Below are positions 45,089 to 53,942 of a DNA stretch of 64,000 nucleotides, piece by piece. Below the pieces are notes generated by a model. It had not been told where the DNA came from. It did not search any database and worked only from the letters and a program-made list of their open reading frames with translations. A program made the position numbers and the translations under genes. The stretch covers positions 4,811 through 68,810 of the forward strand of contig CAZGLK010000001.1 in NCBI GenBank assembly GCA_964526375.1, in the 5' to 3' direction. This DNA is from an uncultured Candidatus Saccharibacteria bacterium. GTDB taxonomy: Bacteria; Patescibacteriota; Minisyncoccia; JACQLN01. Numbering within the stretch: the stretch's first letter is position 1; the number at the start of each line of letters is the position of its first letter.

Positions 45089-46465
45089 ATGAACAGGAGC
45101 ACTATTTTTATATCCAGTTTCAATCCTTTTATATCAAGAAACATCCTGTGCACGGATGCCTTTGGTTTGTTTAGAAACAGAGAGGATGTTCTTGTGGTTA
45201 TTTTCGTGCCCGACTACAAATCCGCCTATTTTGTGGAGCGGTTTGGCGGCCCTAATGTTGTTGTTGAGGGCGTGGCTCTGCCCCCGGTTTCATCCGCCGA
45301 TATTTTTTTTACCTACCTGGCCAGTTCTTTAATATGGACTGGAACCCTCTGGGCGCATAAAAAAGAGAAGTTTTTTAGAGACAAAAAACTTTTGCGCTTT
45401 TTAATTTCCGGATTATTGATGAAACTGGCGGGGCGGCTTGGTTTTGTGAAAGACCTGGTGCGCTGGCTGGATCTGTGGACTATGTCGGGGCGTGTGTTTA
45501 GGGACTACTTTGAGAAGTATAAGCCCGATCTTGTTTTTGCTACGGACATTTTTAATAATAATGACGCTAAGCTGATCGCTGAGGCTAAGCTTTTCGGCGT
45601 TGTTAGCGTGGCCATGATCCGTTCCTGGGACAATATTACCTCCAAAGGCATGTTTCGGGTTAAGCCCGGTAAGCTGATAGTTCATAATGAGATTATTAAA
45701 CATGAAGCTGTAAAATACGAACGTATGAACCCCGGTGATATTTTTGTCAGCGGCCTGCCTCAATTTGATAGATACACTAAAGCTCCCCGTCTGGCGCGCG
45801 AGCAGTTTTTCCGCAGGATTAAGCTTGATCCCAAAGGCAAATTGGTTCTGTTTTCACCATTTGGTCAGCGGTTTAGTTCGACCGACTGGCAGGTTCTTGA
45901 TATTTTGAAACAAGGACGTTTGAGAGGAGAGATTCCGAAAGAGACTCAATTTTTGGTTAGACCGCCGCCCAATGACTCTGTTGCTTTTCTGGATAGATTT
46001 GCGGCTGATGAGGCCTTCTTTCTAGATGTGCCCGGCCACCAATTTTCTGCGGGTGTGTTCAGGGACACCGAACTGGACGACAAAGACGCGGAATGGTTAG
46101 CCGATTCTTTGTATCACTGCGATTTGATAATCAGCGCTGGCGCCACCTTGCTTGTGGATGGAGCTGTTTTTAATAAACCGGGGATCTTAATTTATCTGGA
46201 CGGCTGGGAGCAGAGGCCTTATCCAAAGAGCGTCCGCAGGTTTACGGAGTATGATCATGGATTGTTGTTAAGAAACAGCGGGGCAATCAAAACCGTGTTT
46301 ACCCAAGAAGAGCTGTTTGAGGCCATCAATGAATGTTTGCTTAGTCCGGAGAATGACTCGGTTAAACGGCTTAGTATGGCCCAAGAGCAATGCTGGCGGC
46401 TGGATGGTCAATCGGGACGCAGGATTTATAATTTTATATCCAGTCTTTTAGATCCGGATGTCTAG
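45089..46465 (+). CDS. GT-B-fold transferase, TagF/KpsC-like family, paralog 3 of 5
   Basis: …KPDLVFATDI… IRSWDNITSKGMFRV… GLPQFDRY… KLVLFSPFG… RLDGQSGRR. Confidence 0.6.
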   Translation: MNRSTIFISSFNPFISRNILCTDAFGLFRNREDVLVVIFVPDYKSAYFVERFGGPNVVVEGVALPPVSSADIFFTYLASSLIWTGTLWAHKKEKFFRDKKLLRFLISGLLMKLAGRLGFVKDLVRWLDLWTMSGRVFRDYFEKYKPDLVFATDIFNNNDAKLIAEAKLFGVVSVAMIRSWDNITSKGMFRVKPGKLIVHNEIIKHEAVKYERMNPGDIFVSGLPQFDRYTKAPRLAREQFFRRIKLDPKGKLVLFSPFGQRFSSTDWQVLDILKQGRLRGEIPKETQFLVRPPPNDSVAFLDRFAADEAFFLDVPGHQFSAGVFRDTELDDKDAEWLADSLYHCDLIISAGATLLVDGAVFNKPGILIYLDGWEQRPYPKSVRRFTEYDHGLLLRNSGAIKTVFTQEELFEAINECLLSPENDSVKRLSMAQEQCWRLDGQSGRRIYNFISSLLDPDV

Positions 46466-46534
46466 CCACGCTGGTTTGGGGGGAAACCTATTTTCTGTAG
46501 CGATTGTTTAATTTGTATGAATTTGGTTTGTTAA

Positions 46535-47542
46535 ATGAATTCAAATAGTATGCCTCAAGTCAATATAGGTGGAATGTCAATTGGTGAAAATCGACCCGTT
46601 TTTATTTTGGCCGAAGTAGGCCTTAACCATAATGGTGACTTAGGTTTAGCTAAAAGACTTATTGATGTGGCTGTGGACGCCGGCTGCCAAGCCGTAAAAT
46701 TTCAAAAAAGAACCATACCCTTGGCTTTCAGCGAGAGTGACTTAAAAAAGCCGCGTGAAGCCCCAGCGGAGGTTTTGGTTAACGCTATTAAACGTGGAGT
46801 CTTGCCCTCAGAGAATGTAGCTCGTCTGGCCGCATCCAATTTTCAGAATGCAACCTACGGCGACGCCAAGTGGGCGTTAGAATTTACCGAGAGTGAATAT
46901 CGTGAAATAGATAGTTATTGTAAAACCAAAGGTATTTTGTGGACAGCTTCTGTTTGGGACGAGGCCAGCGTTGATTTTCTTGAAAGGTTTAATCCACCCG
47001 TTTATAAAATTCCTTCCCCGTCTTTAACCGATGATAGTTTGTTGCGGCGTGTCCGCAGTACAGGGAGGCCTGTAATTCTCTCTACCGGTATGAGCACTGT
47101 TGAAGAAATTGATCATGCCGTGGCTATTTTAGGCGCAAAAGATTTAGTATTGATGCATTGTGTTTCCACTTATCCTTGCGAGTTGGGGGATATTAACCTT
47201 AGGGTGATTGAATTTTTGGCCAAACGCTACAATGTTCCGATAGGTTACAGTGGCCATGAAAAAGGCGTTTACCCATCTGTACATTCTATTGCTCATGGCG
47301 CCTGTATGGTTGAACGTCATATAACTCTGGATAGAACTATGTGGGGTGGGGATCAGGCGGCTAGTTTGGAACCAAAGGGATTGAGCCTGCTGGTTAAGGC
47401 GATTAAGGTTTACGAAAAGTCGCGTGGCGACGGCGTAAAAAGAGTTTTGGAGTCCGAACTAGTTAAAATGAAAACCTTGCGCCGCAATAAGTCGCCCGAT
47501 ATTTCGGTGGTTAGCCAACCAAATATTATACAACATGGCTAA
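46535..47542 (+). CDS. NeuB-family PEP-condensing sugar-acid synthase (sialic/Kdn/nonulosonate synthase-like)
   Basis: …PVFILAEVGLNHNGDLGLAKRLIDVAVDAGCQAVKFQKRT… (cf. NeuB IVAEIGCNHNGS…AVKFQ); C-terminal SAF-like tail. Confidence 0.75.
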   Translation: MNSNSMPQVNIGGMSIGENRPVFILAEVGLNHNGDLGLAKRLIDVAVDAGCQAVKFQKRTIPLAFSESDLKKPREAPAEVLVNAIKRGVLPSENVARLAASNFQNATYGDAKWALEFTESEYREIDSYCKTKGILWTASVWDEASVDFLERFNPPVYKIPSPSLTDDSLLRRVRSTGRPVILSTGMSTVEEIDHAVAILGAKDLVLMHCVSTYPCELGDINLRVIEFLAKRYNVPIGYSGHEKGVYPSVHSIAHGACMVERHITLDRTMWGGDQAASLEPKGLSLLVKAIKVYEKSRGDGVKRVLESELVKMKTLRRNKSPDISVVSQPNIIQHG

Positions 47543-48290
47543 ATCAATGAACGCCCCTTTTTCTGTAAGCAATAAAGTGGTCATAATAACTGGCGGTAGT
47601 GGTTTTTTGGGCGGCCAGTATGTAGAAGCTTTTAGGGCCGGAGGAGCCACAGTAATCAACTGGGATAGAGATACCGGAGTCGATATTGCCAGCGAAGCTT
47701 CGGTTAGAAGGGCCATTCAAAAGGTTATCAACGAACATGGCCGAGTGGATGTTTTGGTTAATAATGCGGCTTTTAATCCGCAGGTGGGAGAGAAAAGTAT
47801 TTCTGAAAACAATTGGGTTCCCTACGAAAAGTTTTCTGTTTCTGCTTGGGAAAAAGAACTGAAAATAAACCTAACCGGCCAGCTTATTACGACACAGGCG
47901 GTAGCGCCGCGTATGATGAAGCGAAAGTCCGGGTCAATTATATTTGTTTCTTCAGATTTTGCTTTTATGGGGCCCAACAACAGTATCTATGAGTCCGGCA
48001 AGTTTAAGGATGTTGCCTATATAACCTCCAAGGCCGGAGTTTTGGGTTTGATGCGTTCTTGGGCGGCTTACCTTGGTCCGTATAATGTTCGGGTTAACGC
48101 TTTGGTGCCTGGCGGCATGTATCGCAACCAACCGCCCGGTTTTGTTAAGAAGAACGGACGTCTTAATATGTTGGGTCGGATGTCACGGCCGGGAGAATAC
48201 AGCGGTGCCGTGCTTTTCTTGGCTTCGGATGCCGCTTCGTATGCGACTGGTTCTTGTTTGGTAGTGGATGGCGGGCGGACTGCTTGGTAA
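47535..48290 (+). CDS. short-chain dehydrogenase/reductase (SDR)
   Basis: VVIITGGSGFLGG… YITSKAGVLGL…. Confidence 0.75.
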   Translation: MAKSMNAPFSVSNKVVIITGGSGFLGGQYVEAFRAGGATVINWDRDTGVDIASEASVRRAIQKVINEHGRVDVLVNNAAFNPQVGEKSISENNWVPYEKFSVSAWEKELKINLTGQLITTQAVAPRMMKRKSGSIIFVSSDFAFMGPNNSIYESGKFKDVAYITSKAGVLGLMRSWAAYLGPYNVRVNALVPGGMYRNQPPGFVKKNGRLNMLGRMSRPGEYSGAVLFLASDAASYATGSCLVVDGGRTAW

Positions 48291-48293
48291 AAA

Positions 48294-49349
48294 ATGAAAT
48301 TTTTAATTTGCGGTTTGGGCTCTATAGGCCAAAGGCATTACAAAAATTTAAAATCCCTCGGATACGATGATATTTTCGTTTTTCGCAGCGGAAGGGGGGA
48401 CTCTGATTTTGTAAAAAAATTCCTTTTGGAATTTAAGCCCAGGGAGATTTTCAATTTGAAGGAAGCTCTGACTTTAAAGCCGGATGTTGTTTTTGTTACG
48501 AATCCTACAGCTTATCACATTCCGACTGCTTTGGAGGCGGCTCGGGCGAATTGTCACATTTTTATTGAGAAGCCCATTTCCCACACGTCAGAAAATTTGG
48601 AGTATCTTCTTAATGAAGTAACGAAGCGGAATCTAATCAGCTATGTGGCTTATCATTTAAGATTTCATCCCTTGTTGTTAACAATCAAGACTTGGCTTAG
48701 CAATAACAAAAGATTTGGTCGGGCAATCTCGGTGCACGCGGCTTTGGGTGAGCGAGTGACCAATTGGCATCCTTGGGAGGATTATCGAACCAGCTATTCT
48801 TGCCGCGGGGATTTGGGCGGTGGAGTTGTCTTAACTCAAAGCCACGAAGTAGATTACCTGCATTGGTTGTTTGGCCCGGTTAGCCAAGTAAGTGCAATGG
48901 GTGGGCAATTAAGCGATTTGGAAATTGATGTTGAAGATGTGGCCAAAGCTATTTTCAAGTTCAAATCCGGCGTAATAGGCTCTCTGGATCTGGATTACTT
49001 GAAAAGCCCGCCTAAAAGAACATTAGAAATAGTTACTACCTCGGGAAAAATTGCCTGGGACTATTTTGGAAAAACAGCCGAATTTGCTTCAATAAAAAAC
49101 CCGGAAGATAATCTAAAAATTTCGGAGCCGGATAATTTTGAGCGCAATACCTTATACTTGCTAGAACTTGAAAATTTTATAAAATGCGTACAGGAAAACA
49201 GGCAGCCATTGAATTCTTTGGCGGAAGCATATGAGGTTTTTAAATTAATACTGGGCGTTAAAAAATCAATGCTTCTGGACGGCCAATCTGTTCGAATTCT
49301 CTCCAGACGTCCGACCACTGGGAAACAGTGGTCGGACGTCTGTATTTAA
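48294..49349 (+). CDS. Gfo/Idh/MocA-family NAD(P)-dependent oxidoreductase
   Basis: MKFLICGLGSIGQRH… N-terminal Rossmann fold of the family. Confidence 0.7.
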   Translation: MKFLICGLGSIGQRHYKNLKSLGYDDIFVFRSGRGDSDFVKKFLLEFKPREIFNLKEALTLKPDVVFVTNPTAYHIPTALEAARANCHIFIEKPISHTSENLEYLLNEVTKRNLISYVAYHLRFHPLLLTIKTWLSNNKRFGRAISVHAALGERVTNWHPWEDYRTSYSCRGDLGGGVVLTQSHEVDYLHWLFGPVSQVSAMGGQLSDLEIDVEDVAKAIFKFKSGVIGSLDLDYLKSPPKRTLEIVTTSGKIAWDYFGKTAEFASIKNPEDNLKISEPDNFERNTLYLLELENFIKCVQENRQPLNSLAEAYEVFKLILGVKKSMLLDGQSVRILSRRPTTGKQWSDVCI

Positions 49350-51307
49350 GAGTTATTTTTTGGCTTAAAATAGAACCCAAAACGGTACAAACCGGATTTA
49401 AAATTGTTTTCTAAAAGGAATTGGGCGTATTTATTGGCCAGCATCATCTTTTTTTCAAGAAATTTTCGGTAATTGTTATTCATTTTTAGCGCTTGGGGTG
49501 CCGATAGTAGTTTTAATTGTTTGAGCATTTGGCGGCTCAAAGCTCCTGTTTGTTTACTATAGATTAAAAAGTGCGGCAATAATCTTGAGTCTACCGGCAC
49601 GACTACTTTTTCTAAGTTGGAGAAAGAGAGGGCAATATCGGGATCAATTTCAGACGCATTATTTGTGAAAAATATTTTCTGCCAAGCAAAGAGAGATAAC
49701 TTTGCGCAGACGTCGTGTTTTTGATTAAAAAATTTTTCCGTGAAAACATTCAAGGCTTCATAGCCGACGTATACGAGCCGCGTTATCAAGTGGCGCAGGT
49801 CTTGGCGGCCGCCCTTCAACCACAACAATCTTGCTTTAAGCACCTCCTCGGCGAAGCCGGCAAAATAGGGATCTCGTGTCAGTTGAGCGACTCTTTCGAG
49901 AACATAACAAAATGACCTTAAATACAGCAGGGAATTTCTAACATCCAAGGCCGGTTGTTTAAGCATACGCACCAGCCGAGCCAATCTTTCTGGCAACCAA
50001 TCTACCACGCTGGCTACCTCTCTTTGTTTAAGATCTCTTTTCCCAATCTTGTTTAGGGGAATATCTTCTCCCCAGAGTTTAGATAGATTTACCTCGTCAA
50101 AAAGTTTTATATCGGCAAAGTTTTTTTGGCTTATTACCATTAAAGTTCCTGTGGCTACCTGAGAGCCGTATGGGAATTTTTCCGGGGTGATGATATAATC
50201 AGCCGGTTGGGAAGATTTAAGGTTGCCCCGTGTTACCACTATCAGGTCTAAGTCGCTTATGCCAGGTGTTTGCACGCGCCCGTATTCATAAATTGCCGCC
50301 ACATCGCGGTTGTTTTTAAATTTCTTTACCAACTCTTGCCGCGCCTTTTCGTAGACGTTGATTAAAATTGGTCGGGGCTTGTTTTTGTATAAGACGTCTT
50401 GATGCCTTTGCGCCTTAAGGCCTTGTTTCATTTCCTCTATCATGTTTTTGGCTTGGGAAAGATAGTCACGACCCAAAAGCCGCCCCAATTTTTTTAGCGG
50501 TTTTTGGGAGAAGTTTTTTCGAACCAAGGTTGCTTTATCCAGAAGGGGATGGGTGTACAGTTTGAACGAATGTTTTTTGTATAGAATCGAGCCCCGAGCT
50601 TGAAGATAGAGCGCCGGCATTAAGAGCAGTACCGAAACAAAGTATTTAAGATCAAAAATGGTTACCGAGTTGGGATCAAACCTTTTTTTGTCCAGCAATA
50701 TGCGGGCGAACCTTTCAAAAACTTGTTTTTGTTCCGCTCGGGAGTCCCTCAAATGAAAAGTGATGCGGCTGGGACCGAGCAAAATTTTGGCGTTTCTAAA
50801 AACAGGTATGGGCATATAAGCGCTGCAGTAATAATCAAGGTCGGCTTCGTTGCAGCACAAAAAACCGTGGTGACTATTGGGGTCGATCTCTTTTAACAAG
50901 TTTCGGGCCAAGGCCAGTTTGGCTTTGAATTGTTTAAGTTTTTTGGGTTGGGCGCAGACGGCTTTTTTAACAAAGATATAAGTGTCAAGATCGCTGAAAC
51001 CAGGAGTATAGTCTAGAGTAGCCAAACTGCCGTGTATGAAGAAGTAAACCACAAAGGGTGTTAATTCCCCGCGAGCAAAGCTACTTAACCGTTTTAGCGT
51101 TTTGTGAAAAGCTGTACCCCGATACTTTTTTAGATCCAGCGGAGTTGTTTTAAGTGTAAGCCGGCTGGTTTGTTTTGATGTCTCAAAACCGCGGCCGAAC
51201 ATTTTTTGATAACCACGGGCTATTTTAAGAGCTAGTTTAGGATTATCATTTTCGGAGTTTAGGTAGCGGTTTAGGTTATAGTGAAGCTCGTTTTGTTCTT
51301 CCGTCAT
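49346..51307 (-). CDS. hypothetical 653-aa protein with two nucleotidyltransferase-fold-like motifs
   Basis: HGSLATLDYTPGFSDLDTYIFV (~aa 95) and YGRVQTPGISDLDLIVV (~aa 365) both fit the GS…DxD minimal NTase motif; sits in an operon with the CMP-sugar-acid synthetase. Confidence 0.45.
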   Translation of the reverse strand: MTEEQNELHYNLNRYLNSENDNPKLALKIARGYQKMFGRGFETSKQTSRLTLKTTPLDLKKYRGTAFHKTLKRLSSFARGELTPFVVYFFIHGSLATLDYTPGFSDLDTYIFVKKAVCAQPKKLKQFKAKLALARNLLKEIDPNSHHGFLCCNEADLDYYCSAYMPIPVFRNAKILLGPSRITFHLRDSRAEQKQVFERFARILLDKKRFDPNSVTIFDLKYFVSVLLLMPALYLQARGSILYKKHSFKLYTHPLLDKATLVRKNFSQKPLKKLGRLLGRDYLSQAKNMIEEMKQGLKAQRHQDVLYKNKPRPILINVYEKARQELVKKFKNNRDVAAIYEYGRVQTPGISDLDLIVVTRGNLKSSQPADYIITPEKFPYGSQVATGTLMVISQKNFADIKLFDEVNLSKLWGEDIPLNKIGKRDLKQREVASVVDWLPERLARLVRMLKQPALDVRNSLLYLRSFCYVLERVAQLTRDPYFAGFAEEVLKARLLWLKGGRQDLRHLITRLVYVGYEALNVFTEKFFNQKHDVCAKLSLFAWQKIFFTNNASEIDPDIALSFSNLEKVVVPVDSRLLPHFLIYSKQTGALSRQMLKQLKLLSAPQALKMNNNYRKFLEKKMMLANKYAQFLLENNFKSGLYRFGFYFKPKNNS

Positions 51308-52025
51308 ATTTTATGATAGTTTCAGCTACGACCAAGTCTTTGGGCGAATCAATGTCTACGGTTTTTTCCGGACTGACCACAAAACCACGGATGTCGGGGC
51401 CATAAACCCGATTTTTCTTTATGAACTTGGCTCGGGTGGCGTCTACCACTGCATTTTGCCAATAGACGGCTGGTAACCATTGGCGGGGTACATCCGTGCC
51501 CAAGGTTTTGAAATATTTTGTGGCCAGCAAAGGTTTAATTTTACCTTTTTTTTGATCAGCTAGTGTCCACATTTTGTAAGGATTGTATGGATTGGGTGGG
51601 GAAACTGTTCTAACCGAGTCGCAATTTTCTTTAGTCATAAAACTTACAACCTCGTCTATGTCTTTGGATGTTCTTAGGGGCGTGGTGGGTCTTAACAGCA
51701 CGATTATTTCGGGATGCCAATTCCTGTTTTTTTCCAACCAAACTAGGGCGTGTTTGAGGAATTGGATATCGGTGGCGTTGTCGCCAGAGATGTTCTTTGG
51801 TCTTAAAAAGGGCACATCTGCTCCCAGGGACCTAGCCACACCGGCTATTTTTTCGTCGTCGGTGCTAACAATAAAAGCGTCGAGTTGCCTCGATTCTTGT
51901 GCGGATTTTATGGTGTAGTATATCAAAGGTTTTCCGGCTAAAAGCGCTATGTTTTTGTGGGGGATGCCCTTGGAACCACCTCTGGCCGGGATGATGCCCA
52001 GCACTTTTATTTCTTTTTTTGACAT
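51276..52025 (-). CDS. CMP-sugar-acid synthetase (acylneuraminate cytidylyltransferase/NeuA/KdsB family)
   Basis: …LGIIPARGGSKGIPHKNIALLAGKPLIYYTI…. Confidence 0.8.
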   Translation of the reverse strand: MSKKEIKVLGIIPARGGSKGIPHKNIALLAGKPLIYYTIKSAQESRQLDAFIVSTDDEKIAGVARSLGADVPFLRPKNISGDNATDIQFLKHALVWLEKNRNWHPEIIVLLRPTTPLRTSKDIDEVVSFMTKENCDSVRTVSPPNPYNPYKMWTLADQKKGKIKPLLATKYFKTLGTDVPRQWLPAVYWQNAVVDATRAKFIKKNRVYGPDIRGFVVSPEKTVDIDSPKDLVVAETIIKYDGRTKRASL

Positions 52026-52069
52026 TTGCTTATTATTGCATTTTTATATATAGTTATCAATACTTCAAG

Positions 52070-52588
52070 ATTATGGATTCAAAACTGAAAAATAGATTCT
52101 CTAATGTAAAACTTCTGGTTTCTGACTTTGACGGCGTAATGACAGACGGCTATGTTTACTTGGATGAGAACGGCCGGGAGTCGGTTAAGTGCAGCCGCAA
52201 GGACGGTTTGGGTGTGGAACTTCTTAAAAACGCTGGTGTAGAAGTAATGGTTTTGTCCAAGGAAAATAACTCGGTGGTTAAAGCCAGGTGCCGCAAACTG
52301 AAAATAAAATGCCGGCAGGGAATCTCCAGCGGGGCTGGCAAGGTTGGTATTTTAAAGGAAATACTTAAGGCGAAAAATCTTGATAATAAGTCAAGTTGCT
52401 ATATTGGTGACGATATCAATGATGTCGCTGCCATAAAATACGCGGCTGTGGGTGTTGCCGTGGCCGACAGCCACCCGCTGGTTAAAAAAGCGGCCGACTA
52501 TATCACCAAGGCCCGGGGTGGTCACCATGCCGTCAGAGAACTGGCGGAATTGATATTGGAGTCTCAAGGCACCGAGCTTAAGATTTAA
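52070..52588 (+). CDS. KdsC-type HAD phosphatase (sugar-acid phosphate phosphatase)
   Basis: VSDFDGVMTDG… GDDINDV…; the start is taken at MDSKLKN. Confidence 0.75.
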   Translation: MMDSKLKNRFSNVKLLVSDFDGVMTDGYVYLDENGRESVKCSRKDGLGVELLKNAGVEVMVLSKENNSVVKARCRKLKIKCRQGISSGAGKVGILKEILKAKNLDNKSSCYIGDDINDVAAIKYAAVGVAVADSHPLVKKAADYITKARGGHHAVRELAELILESQGTELKI

Positions 52589-52592
52589 AACC

Positions 52593-53942
52593 ATGGAAAC
52601 CATTTTTTTGTTTGTGGATAAAGATTTATTGATACGAGACCTGCTTACCGGCGATTTTTTGCCGTATCTTGCTTCCAAATTTCAAGCGGTAGTTTTTATG
52701 CAGGAGAAATCATATGCAAGAAACAAGGATTTTTTGTTTGCCGGGAGCGATCGTGTTGAATATAAAATCTGGCCGGTTTACAACAATAAATTTTTAGACT
52801 GGATGAAAGCGATTCGGAGCGTGTTCGTAAGGCAATTTGACCACCTGAACGTGCAGCAGTTCAAAAAAAGAAAGCTTCCCGGAACTAAATTCAATCGCTG
52901 GCTGCTGCCATTGGCTAGCGCCGGCCGTCGTTTTTTTACCCTGAAGTTTTTTAAGTCTTTAGAAAAACAGCTTCTTTCCGGTAAATCAAAGGAGATTTTT
53001 AGAGGTTATGTTAACAAATACCGTCCCAGTTGCGTTGTAACCGCGTCTTGCGGCATTATGAATTTTGAGGCCGAAGGGTTGCTGTTGGCGGAATTTTTTG
53101 GTATCCCCACGGTAGCCGTTAACTTTAATTGGGACAATTTGACGTCTAAAGTGCGAAGCTTAAGGTTGCCGGATAAATTGGTTGTTTGGAATGAACCAAT
53201 CAAGAATGTCGCTTTGGAGATGCATGGGTATGAAGCTAATGAAGTGTTTGTTTCGGGGATTATCAGGTTTGATCCCTATTTTAACAAGAGTGCTCCCGAG
53301 TTGCCCGGTCGGGAGGGGTTTTTAAGGTCTAAAGGATTGGATCCCAACAATAAAACGATTGTCTATGCCAGCACGGCTGATTTTGTGTATCCTTTTCAAA
53401 AGGAATTGATAAGTCTGCTGATTGAATTGAGGGATCAAGGCAAACTTTTGGGCCAGCCCAATATCTTTGTTCGTCTCCATTACAAGGATCCAATAGACGG
53501 CTACCGCCGTTTTTTAAACCAGCCCAATGTTTACATAGAAAAATATGAATCTACTTCCTTGGAGCGGGATGGTTTGAATTTGAAGGCGACCCTGCTGTAC
53601 GGTGATGTCCATTTAAATTATGCGTCCACTGTCTCTTTAGATGTCTGTGCCCTAAACCGGCCGCTTATTAATTTGGCCTTTCCGGCCGATGTTGTGGCAA
53701 GATTCCCCAATCAGGATTTTCCGCATTACCGGCCTTTAGTGGAAACCGGCGCGGCGCGGCTGGCTCGCGACCCGATTGAACTGGTTAATCTGATCAACGG
53801 TTATTTTCTTAATCCCGACTTAGATTCAGAAAAACGTGGGGAAATTGCCGCAAATTTGGTTTGTAACGCGGACGGTCTGGCCCATAAGCGGGTTGTGGAT
53901 TTTCTTGTAAATATGGCCGCCGGCAGCTCCAAGAAGGATTGA
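52593..53942 (+). CDS. GT-B-fold transferase, TagF/KpsC-like family, paralog 4 of 5
   Basis: …NFNWDNLTSKVRSL… IIRFDPYF… KTIVYAST…. Confidence 0.6.
   Translation: METIFLFVDKDLLIRDLLTGDFLPYLASKFQAVVFMQEKSYARNKDFLFAGSDRVEYKIWPVYNNKFLDWMKAIRSVFVRQFDHLNVQQFKKRKLPGTKFNRWLLPLASAGRRFFTLKFFKSLEKQLLSGKSKEIFRGYVNKYRPSCVVTASCGIMNFEAEGLLLAEFFGIPTVAVNFNWDNLTSKVRSLRLPDKLVVWNEPIKNVALEMHGYEANEVFVSGIIRFDPYFNKSAPELPGREGFLRSKGLDPNNKTIVYASTADFVYPFQKELISLLIELRDQGKLLGQPNIFVRLHYKDPIDGYRRFLNQPNVYIEKYESTSLERDGLNLKATLLYGDVHLNYASTVSLDVCALNRPLINLAFPADVVARFPNQDFPHYRPLVETGAARLARDPIELVNLINGYFLNPDLDSEKRGEIAANLVCNADGLAHKRVVDFLVNMAAGSSKKD

Noticed and set aside
7309-47457. Shared 14-mer AGTCGCGTGGCGAC between the nth leader (7309-7322) and the NeuB-like gene (47444-47457)
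   Set aside because: Several exact 14-mer coincidences are expected by chance across 64 kb on two strands, and the flanks show no extended similarity.
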